From an uncultured Acidimicrobiia bacterium (lineage in GTDB: Bacteria; Actinomycetota; Acidimicrobiia; Acidimicrobiales; AC-14), in NCBI GenBank assembly GCA_963836205.1, contig CAWIIV010000012.1:130255-194254 (forward strand): a DNA stretch of 64,000 nt, in the 5' to 3' direction. Below the pieces are notes generated by a model that was given only the letters and a program-made list of their open reading frames with translations, did no database searches and had not been told where the DNA came from. Both the position numbers and the translations under genes were made by a program. Shown here one piece after another: positions 21,933 to 31,303 of the stretch (position 1 is the stretch's first letter; each line of letters opens with the position of its first letter).

Positions 21933-21945
21933 CAGTTCGGGCCCA

Positions 21946-22296
21946 TCAGCGGGACCTGACGATCGTCTCGGCCAGGTCGAGCACCGCGTTGATGGCTCGG
22001 ACGCGCACCGCCATGGGCGTGTCGGGCGTGATGGTGAGGGGCTCCTTCGGGGGCTCGTCCGTGGGCCCCTCGGGGTCGAAGGCGGGAGGCGGGAACGCGA
22101 GGAGGCGGCTCCCGGCGGCGGCGAGCAGCTCGTAGCCACAGCCGGCCAGGAGCCGGTGGAGGGTCTCTGCGCTCGGCGCCCGCCGGTCGTTCTCGATGGC
22201 TGAGATGTTTGCCTGTTCGATCCCGGAGATGGTGGCGAGCTGACTCTGGGTCAACCCCCGGGAGCTCCGAGCTCGCCGCACGACCGGGCCGTACAT
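21946..22296 (-). CDS. XRE-family HTH protein (putative antitoxin)
   Basis: RRARSSRGLTQSQLA...QANISAIENDRRAPS. Confidence 0.85.
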   Translation of the reverse strand: MYGPVVRRARSSRGLTQSQLATISGIEQANISAIENDRRAPSAETLHRLLAGCGYELLAAAGSRLLAFPPPAFDPEGPTDEPPKEPLTITPDTPMAVRVRAINAVLDLAETIVRSR

Positions 22297-22301
22297 CCCC
22301 G

Positions 22302-22321
22302 AATCATATCGAGAACGATAT
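22302..22321 (-). promoter_or_regulatory. -10 box TATGAT (likely leaderless mRNA) overlapped by operator ATATCG-N4-CGATAT
   Basis: TATGAT lies about 6 nt before the ATG at 22296; inverted repeat at 22306-22321. Confidence 0.6.
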
Positions 22322-22445
22322 CTGCCGGCTGCCGGCTCGCCGGCTGGCCTCGGAGTGAGAAACGCCCGACCCAGCGGCGAGACGCGGCACCGCCCTCCCG
22401 CACGCCGTTGTGCGGAAGGGCGGACGCTGCTCCTGGCGCTGACCC

Positions 22446-22856
22446 TCAGGCGTCGGTGGTGAGGCTGAGGTAGACGGTCGAGGACTTGTCGCTCATGTTG
22501 TTGGCGCACGTCCGGAACACGCCGGGGAAGGCGCCGGGGTTGGTGGCGGTGGTGATGAACCTGCCGTAGCTCGACACGGGGCTGGCGCCGCTGTTCCCGA
22601 CCTCGACGAAGCTCGACGAGCCGGTGGTCTTGACCAGGAAGACGAACTTCACCTTATGGCCGGACACCACGAAGTCGTTGGCCTGGGCGTTGAGGTAGGC
22701 GGTGGTCGGCAGGTCGATGCAGCGGCGGTCGCCGGCGGGGACGGTGACGGTGCCGTTCTGGCTGGCGGCGAGGGCCGACTGGGGGGCGAGCACGAGGAGG
22801 CTTCCTGCGACGGCAGCGGCGGCGACGAGCTTCTTGATCATGGCCTGCTTGCTCAT
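22446..22856 (-). CDS. Secreted protein (signal peptide, two Cys)
   Basis: MSKQAMIKKLVAAAAVAGSLLVLAPQSALA signal peptide; AAAGGA RBS. Confidence 0.75.
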   Translation of the reverse strand: MSKQAMIKKLVAAAAVAGSLLVLAPQSALAASQNGTVTVPAGDRRCIDLPTTAYLNAQANDFVVSGHKVKFVFLVKTTGSSSFVEVGNSGASPVSSYGRFITTATNPGAFPGVFRTCANNMSDKSSTVYLSLTTDA

Positions 22857-23055
22857 GGTTGGGGGTCCTTTCGGGTCCTGGTATCGGCCTTTCCGACACG
22901 ACCAGCGTTCGCCTTCGCCCTTTCCGGGTCCGTGCCGGGGGATTGCCGGACAGCCGCCTCCGGGCGTTCCCGCTTGCCAAGGCCTTGCCGGGCCGGGCTT
23001 GGGAGAGGGGGGCCACGGGTAGGGTGGGTTCCGAACCGGCCCTAGGAGGTTGTCT

Positions 23056-23436
23056 ATGCGGAAAGCCGTGAAGTTGTTGATTGTGGGAGGGGTGGTCGGG
23101 GCCGCGGTGGTCGCGGTCAAGTCCTTCCGGTCCGAGGAGCAGGTCGAGAACCTGCCCGCCCAGGCGGCCAAGTCGGCCGGAATGGGTGCCGCCGCCGGCG
23201 GTGTTCTCGGACTGCTGTTCGACCTGCGGTCCCGCCGCAAGCAGCGCAAGCGGGGACGCATCACCAAGGCGATCAGCTCGATCCCCGCCCTGCCGTCGCG
23301 GAGCAGCCTGCCCGACCTGCACGATCTCGAGCGGGCCAGCCGCAGGGCTCGCAAGGCCGCGGTGAAGGCCGCCCACCGGGCCCAGGCCACGGCCGAGCAC
23401 CTGGCCGACGCCACCCGGGAGAAGCTGGCCAGCTGA
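23056..23436 (+). CDS. Hypothetical membrane-anchored protein
   Basis: AGGAGG RBS; two hydrophobic segments and a basic tail. Confidence 0.65.
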   Translation: MRKAVKLLIVGGVVGAAVVAVKSFRSEEQVENLPAQAAKSAGMGAAAGGVLGLLFDLRSRRKQRKRGRITKAISSIPALPSRSSLPDLHDLERASRRARKAAVKAAHRAQATAEHLADATREKLAS

Positions 23437-23487
23437 CCCTGCCTGGCTGCGCCGCCTACCGTCGGGCGGTGTGAATCCGAGGCCGGC

Positions 23488-24798
23488 ATGAACATCGAGG
23501 GCGCCCTCGCCTATCTGGACGCCCACGTCAACCTGGAGCAATCGGTGAGCCGCCGGGCCGCAGCCCGGCGGCTCGATCGCATGAGGGACCTCGTCGGTCT
23601 CATGGGCGACCCCCAGTCGAGCTACCCCGTCATCCACCTCACCGGCACCAACGGCAAGGGATCGACGGCGCGGATGCTCACCGCCCTGCTGGTGGAGAAG
23701 GGGCTGTCGGTGGGCACCTACACCAGCCCCCACCTGGAGCGCATCAACGAGCGCCTGGCGTGGAACGGCGACCCGATCGACAACGGGGCCTTCGCCGAGG
23801 TGATCGAGGCGGTGGCGCTGTTGGAGCCCCTCCTCGGCTCGCCGCCGACCCACTTCGAGATCCTCACCGCCGCCGCCTACCGGTGGTTCGCCGACGTCGC
23901 GGTCGACGTGGCCGTGGTGGAGGTTGGCCTCGGCGGGCGGTGGGACGCCACCAACGTGGCCGACGGCCAGGTGGCGGCGGTCACCAACGTCAGCCTCGAC
24001 CACGCCGAGGTCATCGGCCCCGCCCTGTCCGACATCGCCGAGGAGAAGGCGGGCATCGTCAAGGCGGGCAGCGTGGTGGTCGTGGGCGAGACCGAGCCCG
24101 AGCTGGTGGACGCGTTCAACCGGGCCGCGTTCGCCACGTCCGCCGAGGCGGTGTGGCTGCGGGGACGTGACTTCGACTGCACGGCCAACCACCTGGCTCA
24201 CGGCGGCCGCCACATCGAGCTGGTCACGCCCGGGGCCCGGTTCCCGGGGCTGTTCCTGCCTGTGCACGGGGCCTACCAGGGCGAGAACGCGGCCATCGCC
24301 CTGGCCGCGGCCGAGGCCTTCTTCGGGGCGCCCCTCGACCCCGACGTGGTCGCCGACGCCCTCGCCGGGGTGCGGCTGCCGGGCCGGTTGGAGGTCATCA
24401 GCCGCGACCCGCTCCTCATCCTCGACGGCGCCCACAACCCGGCCGGCGCGGCCCGCTCGACGGCCGCCATCGAGGAAGCCTTCGCCGGCCGGGGCGGTCG
24501 CATCCTGGTGGTGGGGATGCTGATGGGCCGCGACCCGGTGGAGATGCTCGAAGCCTTCGACGCGGGATCGGCCCGCCTGGTGGTCACCTGCCCGCCGCCG
24601 TCGCCACGCGCCATGCCGGCGGCCGAGGTGGCGGCCGCGGCCATGGCCCTGGGGACGGACGCGGAGGAGGCGGCGTCGGTGCCGGAGGCAGTCGCCACCG
24701 CCCTGGCCCTGGCCAGCCCCGACGAGATGGTGGTCGTCACCGGTTCCCTCTACGTGGTCGGTGCCGCCCGCGCCGCCCTCACCGGCTCGGCCGCCTGA
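23488..24798 (+). CDS. folC: Folylpolyglutamate/dihydrofolate synthase
   Basis: HLTGTNGKGS, TSPHL, EVGLGGRWDATNV, DGAHNP, TGSLY. Confidence 0.96.
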   Translation: MNIEGALAYLDAHVNLEQSVSRRAAARRLDRMRDLVGLMGDPQSSYPVIHLTGTNGKGSTARMLTALLVEKGLSVGTYTSPHLERINERLAWNGDPIDNGAFAEVIEAVALLEPLLGSPPTHFEILTAAAYRWFADVAVDVAVVEVGLGGRWDATNVADGQVAAVTNVSLDHAEVIGPALSDIAEEKAGIVKAGSVVVVGETEPELVDAFNRAAFATSAEAVWLRGRDFDCTANHLAHGGRHIELVTPGARFPGLFLPVHGAYQGENAAIALAAAEAFFGAPLDPDVVADALAGVRLPGRLEVISRDPLLILDGAHNPAGAARSTAAIEEAFAGRGGRILVVGMLMGRDPVEMLEAFDAGSARLVVTCPPPSPRAMPAAEVAAAAMALGTDAEEAASVPEAVATALALASPDEMVVVTGSLYVVGAARAALTGSAA

Positions 24799-24869
24799 CG
24801 AGCCTGCCGCCCGACCCGGCCCGGCAGGTGGTCAGGTCCGAACCCCCCGGCCAAGTAGCCTCTCGGCAG

Positions 24870-25298
24870 ATGGATCGCACCCTGGTCATATGCAAGCCCG
24901 ACGCCGTAGAGCGCGGACTCGTCGGCCAGATCATCTCCCGGCTCGAAGCCCGCACCCTCCGCATCGCCGCCGCTGAACTGCGCACGATCGACAAGGCGGT
25001 GGCCGCCGAGCACTACGGCGAGCACCAGGGCGAGCCCTTCTACGAGGATCTGGTGGCCTTCATCACCCGGGGGCCGTCGCTCCTACTGGTGGTCGAGGGG
25101 CCTCGCGACACCTACGCAATCGTCCGCACCATGATGGGTGTCACCAACCCGGCCAACGCCGCCCCTGGCACCATCCGGGGCGATCTCGCCATCAGCAACA
25201 CCGAGAACCTGATCCACGGCTCGGATTCCCACGAGTCAGCCGCCCGCGAGATCGCTCTCTTCTTTCCCGGCCTTGTTCCGGGGGAGTCGGGCGCATAG
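24870..25298 (+). CDS. ndk: Nucleoside diphosphate kinase
   Basis: KPDAVER, PGTIRGD, NLIHGSDS. Confidence 0.96.
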   Translation: MDRTLVICKPDAVERGLVGQIISRLEARTLRIAAAELRTIDKAVAAEHYGEHQGEPFYEDLVAFITRGPSLLLVVEGPRDTYAIVRTMMGVTNPANAAPGTIRGDLAISNTENLIHGSDSHESAAREIALFFPGLVPGESGA

Positions 25299-25335
25299 CC
25301 TCTAGGCCAACCCCAGGCCAGGCGTGGGAGCCACC

Positions 25336-26373
25336 ATGTCCGACAACTTCTTCACCGCGTTTCTCGGTCGCGACATGGCGGTCGACCTCGGGACGGCCAA
25401 CACGCTCGTGTACATACGCGGGCGTGGCATCGTCCTGAACGAACCGTCCGTGGTGGCGGTGAACGTGAAGGACGGCCGTCCTCTCGCCGTCGGCCTCGAG
25501 GCCAAGCGTATGATCGGCCGCACGCCGGGCCACATCCAGGCCGTCCGTCCCCTCAAGGACGGGGTGATCAACAACTTCGAGATCACCGAGAAGATGCTGC
25601 GCTACTTCATCCACCGGGTGCACCAGCGGCGGTGGGCCAAGCCCCGCATGGTGATCTGCGTCCCGTCGGGCGTCACCGGGGTGGAGAAGCGGGCGGTGCA
25701 GGAGGCGGCCGAGTACGCCGGTGCCCGCAAGACCCCGTTCATCATCGAGGAGCCCATGGCCGCCGCCATCGGCGCCGGGTTGCCCGTCCACGAGCCCACC
25801 GGCAACATGGTGGTCGACATCGGCGGCGGCACCACCGAGGTGGCGGTCATCTCCCTGGGCGGCATCGTCACCAGCCAGTCGGTCCGCATCGGCGGCGACG
25901 AGCTCGACGAGGCGATCATCCAGTTCATCAAGAAGGAGTACAGCCTCGCCCTCGGGGAGCGCACGGCGGAGGAGATCAAGATCGCCCTCGGCTCCGCCTA
26001 CGAGCTGGAGGAGGAGCTGCACGCCGAGATTCGTGGCCGCGACCTGGTGACGGGGCTGCCGAAGACGGTCGTGACCTCCACCGAGGAGATCCGGCGGGCC
26101 ATCGAGGAGCCGGTGCAGGCCATCGTCGACGCGGTCAAGGTCACCCTCGACAAGACGCCGCCCGAGCTGGCGGCCGACATCATGGAGCAGGGCATCGTCC
26201 TCACCGGCGGAGGGGCGCTGCTGCACGGGCTCGACGTGCGTCTCCAGACGGAGACGGGCATGCCGATCGTCATCGCCAAGAACCCGCTCTACTCAGTAGC
26301 CCTCGGAGCCGGTCAGTGCCTCGAGGAGTTCAACGTCCTGCGGCAGGTGCTTTCGACGTCCGGCGAGCGGTAG
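25336..26373 (+). CDS. mreB: Rod shape-determining protein MreB
   Basis: DLGTANT, EPSVVA, EEPMAAAIG, DIGGGTTE, LTGGGALL. Confidence 0.97.
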   Translation: MSDNFFTAFLGRDMAVDLGTANTLVYIRGRGIVLNEPSVVAVNVKDGRPLAVGLEAKRMIGRTPGHIQAVRPLKDGVINNFEITEKMLRYFIHRVHQRRWAKPRMVICVPSGVTGVEKRAVQEAAEYAGARKTPFIIEEPMAAAIGAGLPVHEPTGNMVVDIGGGTTEVAVISLGGIVTSQSVRIGGDELDEAIIQFIKKEYSLALGERTAEEIKIALGSAYELEEELHAEIRGRDLVTGLPKTVVTSTEEIRRAIEEPVQAIVDAVKVTLDKTPPELAADIMEQGIVLTGGGALLHGLDVRLQTETGMPIVIAKNPLYSVALGAGQCLEEFNVLRQVLSTSGER

Positions 26374-26391
26374 CCCCCGGGGGGAGCACGG

Positions 26392-27249
26392 TTGGCTGTG
26401 TACCGGCGTTCGAGGCGCCACCGATACCTCTTGCTCCTCCTCGTCCTCACCTCGGTCACGGTCATCACCCTCGACTTCCGTGACGACGGCCAGGGGGTGC
26501 TGGAGTCGGTCCGCTCCGGGGCCCGCGACGCCTTCGCCCCCGTGCAGTCGACCGTGGGGAAGCTGTTCTCACCCGTCGGCGACTTCTTCGGGGGGATCAC
26601 CCGCTACCGGAAGGTCCGGGACGAGAACACCCGCCTGCGCCTGGAGCTGGAGGAGGCCCGGGGCGAGGCCATCCGGGGCGCCGACGCCGTCCGCGAGCGC
26701 CAGCTGCTCAACGCCTTGCAACGGCTGGACTTCGCCGGCGACCTCCGGGGCGTCACCGCCCGGGTGGTGTCCAACTCGCCGTCGAACTTCCAGCTCACGG
26801 TCACCGTCGACCACGGCAGCGAGGACGGGGTGGCCACGGGCATGCCCGTCGTCACCGCCGCCGGCCTGGTGGGACGCATCGCCGAGGTGTCCAAGGACCG
26901 GGCCACCGTCCTCCTCCTCACCGACCCCGCCTCGAGCGTGGGCGTGCGCCTGGCCGGCACCGGCGACGTCGGCGTCGTCACCGGCTCGGGCCGCCGCGAC
27001 CTGCTGCCCCTCAGCCTGGTGAGCGTGGAGACGAAGGTGGCCGAGGGCGAGGCGGTGGTCACCAGTGGCCTCCAACAGGGCCTGTTCCCGCCGCAGATCC
27101 CGGTGGGACGGGTGCGGGGGGCCAAGATCACCCCCGGCCAGCTGGAGCAGGAGGTCACCATCGAGCCCGTGGTCGACCTCGACCGCCTGGAGATCGTCCG
27201 CATCCTCATCTGGCAGCCGACCCCGTCGCCCTCCGCCTCGAACCGGTGA
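26392..27249 (+). CDS. mreC: Rod shape-determining protein MreC
   Basis: N-terminal TM, coiled coil, GMPVV..GLVGRI, VVTSG...FP; operon position. Confidence 0.93.
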   Translation: MAVYRRSRRHRYLLLLLVLTSVTVITLDFRDDGQGVLESVRSGARDAFAPVQSTVGKLFSPVGDFFGGITRYRKVRDENTRLRLELEEARGEAIRGADAVRERQLLNALQRLDFAGDLRGVTARVVSNSPSNFQLTVTVDHGSEDGVATGMPVVTAAGLVGRIAEVSKDRATVLLLTDPASSVGVRLAGTGDVGVVTGSGRRDLLPLSLVSVETKVAEGEAVVTSGLQQGLFPPQIPVGRVRGAKITPGQLEQEVTIEPVVDLDRLEIVRILIWQPTPSPSASNR

Positions 27250-27376
27250 CACTTTCGGGCGTCAGGGCGCCGAAATTCGTCACCAGTTGGCGGCGGGCGG
27301 ACTGACTCGGACCGCCGGAGGCGCCTAGTCTCGCCCGGATGCCCAGGTCTGCCCCGCCGGCCGCCGCCCCCGAGGG

Positions 27377-27913
27377 ATGACGTCCGATCCCCGGTTCCGG
27401 GTGCCGTTGCTGCTGATCTCGGCGTTGGCGCTCCACCTGACCCTCTTCTCGGTGCTGCGGATCGCCGGCACGGCCCCCGACGTCATGCTCCTGGTGGCGG
27501 TGGCGGGGGGCCTGGTGGGAGGTCCGGTACGGGGCGCGCTCCTCGGCTTCGCCGCCGGCATCGCCATCGACGTCTTCCTGCGCACGCCCATGGGCCTGTC
27601 AGCCCTCGTGTTCACCCTGGTCGGCTACGGCGTGGGGGTCGTGTCCACCGGTGTCCTCACCCCCTCGTGGTACCTGCCGGTGGTCACCGCCTCCGTCGCC
27701 AGCGCGGCCGGTATCGTGATCTACGCGATGGTGGGGGCCATGCTCGGTGAACCGATGGTCAGCCGGCGGCTGTTCACGATCGTGAGCGTGGTGGCGGTGG
27801 GCAACGGCATCCTGGCCGTCCCCGTCATCCGGGCCGTCACGTGGGCCATGGGCGACGACGGCGGCCTCATCGCCGACGTGCGCGGCCGCCGGTCGCGGGC
27901 GGAGTGGATGTGA
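27377..27913 (+). CDS. mreD: Rod shape-determining protein MreD
   Basis: Multi-TM protein with PDVMLL and GFAAG..D; lies between mreC and mrdA. Confidence 0.9.
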   Translation: MTSDPRFRVPLLLISALALHLTLFSVLRIAGTAPDVMLLVAVAGGLVGGPVRGALLGFAAGIAIDVFLRTPMGLSALVFTLVGYGVGVVSTGVLTPSWYLPVVTASVASAAGIVIYAMVGAMLGEPMVSRRLFTIVSVVAVGNGILAVPVIRAVTWAMGDDGGLIADVRGRRSRAEWM

Positions 27914-29811
27914 GCGGCGACACCACCCGCCTGCGCATGGGGATCCTGGGCGTGGTCGTGATCTCCCTGTTCAGCGCCCTCCTGGCCCGGCTGTGGTACC
28001 TCCAGGTGCTGTCCGCGCCCACGTACCAGAACGAGGCCCAGCTCAACAGCGTGCGGTTCATCTACACCGAGGCGCCCCGGGGCCGGATCCTCGACCGCAA
28101 CGGCAAGGTCCTGGTGGGCAACCGGGTCGTGCCCACGGTGGTGGTCGACAAGAGCGAGCTGGGCGACAAGCCCGACGACGTGATCGCCCACCTGGCGGCC
28201 CTGGTCAACGTGCCCGCGCCGGTGCTCAAGGAGCGGATCGAGGATCCCCGCTACAGCCCGTTCAAGCCCATCCCCGTGGTCGACGACGTCCCCAAGGAGA
28301 CGCTCATCCACATCCGTGAGCACCAGGCCGAGTACCCGGGGGTGCAGGGGGTGATGCTGACCAAGCGCTTCTACCCCAACGGCAGCCTGGCCGCCCACGT
28401 CCTCGGCTACGTGGGCGAGATCAACGACAAGGAGCTCGCCCCCCGCAAGACCAAGGGCTACCGGCCCGGCGACAGCATCGGGAAGTCGGGCGTCGAGCTG
28501 GCCTACGAGGACGACCTGCGGGGCCAGCCGGAGGTGGAGAAACTCGAGGTCGACGCCCAGGGCCGGGTCCTGCGGACGCTCGGCAAGCAGGCGGCGGTGC
28601 AGGGCCACGACGTCCGCCTCACCCTCGACCTCGACCTCCAGGTGGTGGCCGAGGTGTCGCTCCAGCAATCGATCGCGGCGGCCCAGGCCACCTACGACAA
28701 CGACTCGGCCAAGCGGTTCATCGCCCCCGCGGGATCGGCGGTGGTGGTCGACCCCCACGACGGCGCGGTGCTGGCCATGGCGTCGTACCCCACCTACGAG
28801 CCCTCGACGTTCGTCGACGGGATCAGCGAGAAGACCTTCGCCGCCCTCAACGACCCCACCGGCCACTATCCCCTCAACAACCGGGTCACCCAGGGCCTCT
28901 ATGCGCCGGCGTCGACGTTCAAGCTGGTCACGTCGATCGCGGGCCTGGAGACCGGCCTGATCACGCCCCAGTACACGGTGAACGACCGGGGCACGTTCAC
29001 CATCGGCGACCCGCCCACCGTCCTCACCAACGCCTTCAGCGAGGCCTTCGGGTACGTGAACCTGTCGGCCGCCCTCACCGTGTCGAGCGACGTGTACTTC
29101 TACGAGCTCGGGTCGCGTTTCTGCCCGGGGGAGTGCAACAACAAGATCCAGGACACGGCCAAGGAACTGGGGATGGCCGACTTCACCGAGGTCGACCTGC
29201 CGTTCGAGGCCAGCGGGCGGATTCCCGACCAGCAGACCAAGCGCCGCCTCCACGAGTCGAACCCGGAGGCATTCCAGGAGCCCGAGTGGTACACGGGCGA
29301 CAACCTCAACCTCGCCATCGGCCAGGGCGACACCGTGATCACGCCGTTGCAGCTGGTCAACGCCTACGCCACCCTGGCCAACGGCGGCACCGTCTTCGCG
29401 CCCCACGTCGGCGGGTCGATCCTCGACGTGAACGGGGCGGTGGTGCGCACCGTCGAACCGAGGGTGAACCGCAAGACCGAGATCCCGGCCACCATCCGCG
29501 ATCCGGTAGTGGCCGGCTTCGAGGGGGCGGTGGCCAACAGCCGGGGGACGGCCGCGCCCGCGTTCGCCGGCTTCCCGACGTCGCGGTTCCCCATCGCCGG
29601 CAAGACGGGAACCGCCCAGGTCAACGGGAAGCAGGACACCGCCCTGTTCTCCGCCTTCGGGCCCACCAACGACCCCCGGTACGCGGTCACGGTGGTGATC
29701 GAGGAGGCCGGCTTCGGCGCGGCCGCCGCCGCACCCGTGGCCCGGGCCCTGTTCGACCAGATCCTGGCCCTGCCCCTCACGCCCATCACCCGCGTCCAGG
29801 CCCGCGACTGA
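27910..29811 (+). CDS. mrdA: Penicillin-binding protein 2
   Basis: RLWYLQV, APRGRILDRNG, STFK, SSD, KTGT. Confidence 0.95.
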   Translation: MSGDTTRLRMGILGVVVISLFSALLARLWYLQVLSAPTYQNEAQLNSVRFIYTEAPRGRILDRNGKVLVGNRVVPTVVVDKSELGDKPDDVIAHLAALVNVPAPVLKERIEDPRYSPFKPIPVVDDVPKETLIHIREHQAEYPGVQGVMLTKRFYPNGSLAAHVLGYVGEINDKELAPRKTKGYRPGDSIGKSGVELAYEDDLRGQPEVEKLEVDAQGRVLRTLGKQAAVQGHDVRLTLDLDLQVVAEVSLQQSIAAAQATYDNDSAKRFIAPAGSAVVVDPHDGAVLAMASYPTYEPSTFVDGISEKTFAALNDPTGHYPLNNRVTQGLYAPASTFKLVTSIAGLETGLITPQYTVNDRGTFTIGDPPTVLTNAFSEAFGYVNLSAALTVSSDVYFYELGSRFCPGECNNKIQDTAKELGMADFTEVDLPFEASGRIPDQQTKRRLHESNPEAFQEPEWYTGDNLNLAIGQGDTVITPLQLVNAYATLANGGTVFAPHVGGSILDVNGAVVRTVEPRVNRKTEIPATIRDPVVAGFEGAVANSRGTAAPAFAGFPTSRFPIAGKTGTAQVNGKQDTALFSAFGPTNDPRYAVTVVIEEAGFGAAAAAPVARALFDQILALPLTPITRVQARD

Positions 29812-29815
29812 GCCC

Positions 29816-30955
29816 ATGGCCCTCGACCTCCGCAGCGCCAACACCCGCCGCGGGTCGAGCGCGTGGCGCAGCGTCGACCTGCTCCTGCTGGCGGCCATCG
29901 CCGGCATCAGCGCCATCGGGCTGCTGATGATCTACTCCTCCACCCGCCAGGGCCAGGCCGCGGCCGGCTTCGACCCCGCCTATTTCGTGAAGCGCCAGGC
30001 CCTGTTCGTGTTCATCGGCCTGGTGGTGATGATCGGAGTCGCGCTCATCGACTACCAGGTGCTGCGCGACATCGCCCCCGCCATCTACGCCGCCTCCCTC
30101 TTCGTCCTCCTGCTCGTCCTCTCCCCTCTGGGCACCGAGCGGCGGGGCACCCAGGCCTGGTTCCAGGTGGGGCCGTACCAGTTCGAGCCCTCGGAGGTGG
30201 CCAAGCTGGCGCTGATCATCGCCCTGTCCGCCTTCTGCGCCGCCCACCGGGGCGATCTCGACGTGGGCCGGCTGACCACCGCCCTCGGCATCGCCGCCAT
30301 TCCCCTCCTCCTCATCTACCTCCAGCCCGACGTGGGCACAGGCATGGTCTTCGTGGCCATCCTCATGGGCATCCTGCTGGTGGGCGGGGCCAGTCCCCGC
30401 CAGATCGCCATCCTCACCCTCATGGGGATCACGGCCGTGGTGATGGTGCTCCAGCTCGGGGTGCTGAAGGACTACCAGCGCGACCGGCTGTCGGCGTTCC
30501 TCGACCCCAAGGAGGACGTGCAGCGGTCGGCCTACAACCTCAACCAGTCCAAGATCGCCATCGCCGCCGGCGGCGTGGGCGGGCGGGGACTCTTCCAGGG
30601 GACGCAGACCAACCTGTCCTTCGTGCCGGAGCAGCACACCGACTTCATCTTCACCGCGGTGGGGGAGGAATTGGGCTTCGTGGGGGCCTGCACCCTGCTG
30701 GGCCTGTTCGGGCTGGTGATGTGGCGGACGTGGCGGGCGGCGATCACGGCCAAGGACCAGTTCGGGATGCTGGTGTGCGTCGGGGTCCTGGCCATGCTGG
30801 TGTTCCAGGTCTTCGAGAACGTGGGCATGACGATGGGGATCACGCCCATCGCCGGCATCCCCCTGCCGCTGATGTCGTACGGGGGCTCGGCTACCGTCGC
30901 CACCTTCGCCGCCCTGGGACTGGTGCTCAGCGTCCAGATGCGCCGTTTCACCTGA
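29816..30955 (+). CDS. rodA: Rod shape-determining protein RodA (SEDS family)
   Basis: EPSEVAK, QPDVGT, PEQHTDFIF, GIPLPLMSYGGS. Confidence 0.95.
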   Translation: MALDLRSANTRRGSSAWRSVDLLLLAAIAGISAIGLLMIYSSTRQGQAAAGFDPAYFVKRQALFVFIGLVVMIGVALIDYQVLRDIAPAIYAASLFVLLLVLSPLGTERRGTQAWFQVGPYQFEPSEVAKLALIIALSAFCAAHRGDLDVGRLTTALGIAAIPLLLIYLQPDVGTGMVFVAILMGILLVGGASPRQIAILTLMGITAVVMVLQLGVLKDYQRDRLSAFLDPKEDVQRSAYNLNQSKIAIAAGGVGGRGLFQGTQTNLSFVPEQHTDFIFTAVGEELGFVGACTLLGLFGLVMWRTWRAAITAKDQFGMLVCVGVLAMLVFQVFENVGMTMGITPIAGIPLPLMSYGGSATVATFAALGLVLSVQMRRFT

Positions 30956-31303
30956 GTCACGCGGCGTCACCTGAGTCACCGCCGCTCATCCGGCGGCGGT
31001 GGGGTAAACTTCGCCCCGATTTGATGACCTCTCTGTGGCCACGAATCCAGCTGCTGCTGGCCAAGGTCTCCCGGGCGCCCCGTCAGGCGTCGTCGTCCCA
31101 ACCGGTTCCGAGTACGCCCTGGATGGCGGGCCCGGCCCTCGACCCCACACCTGTGGGGCCGGCGGCGGCCTCGCCCGCGGGCGAGCCGGCTGGTCCCTCC
31201 ACTTCGATCGAGCGCTCCGGCGCGCGGAGGGCCCGCTGCCCTGCCGCCCGCGACGGGCGCTACGCACGCCGGGCGGCGTGCGCTTGCAGAAGGGAACGCT
31301 CCC

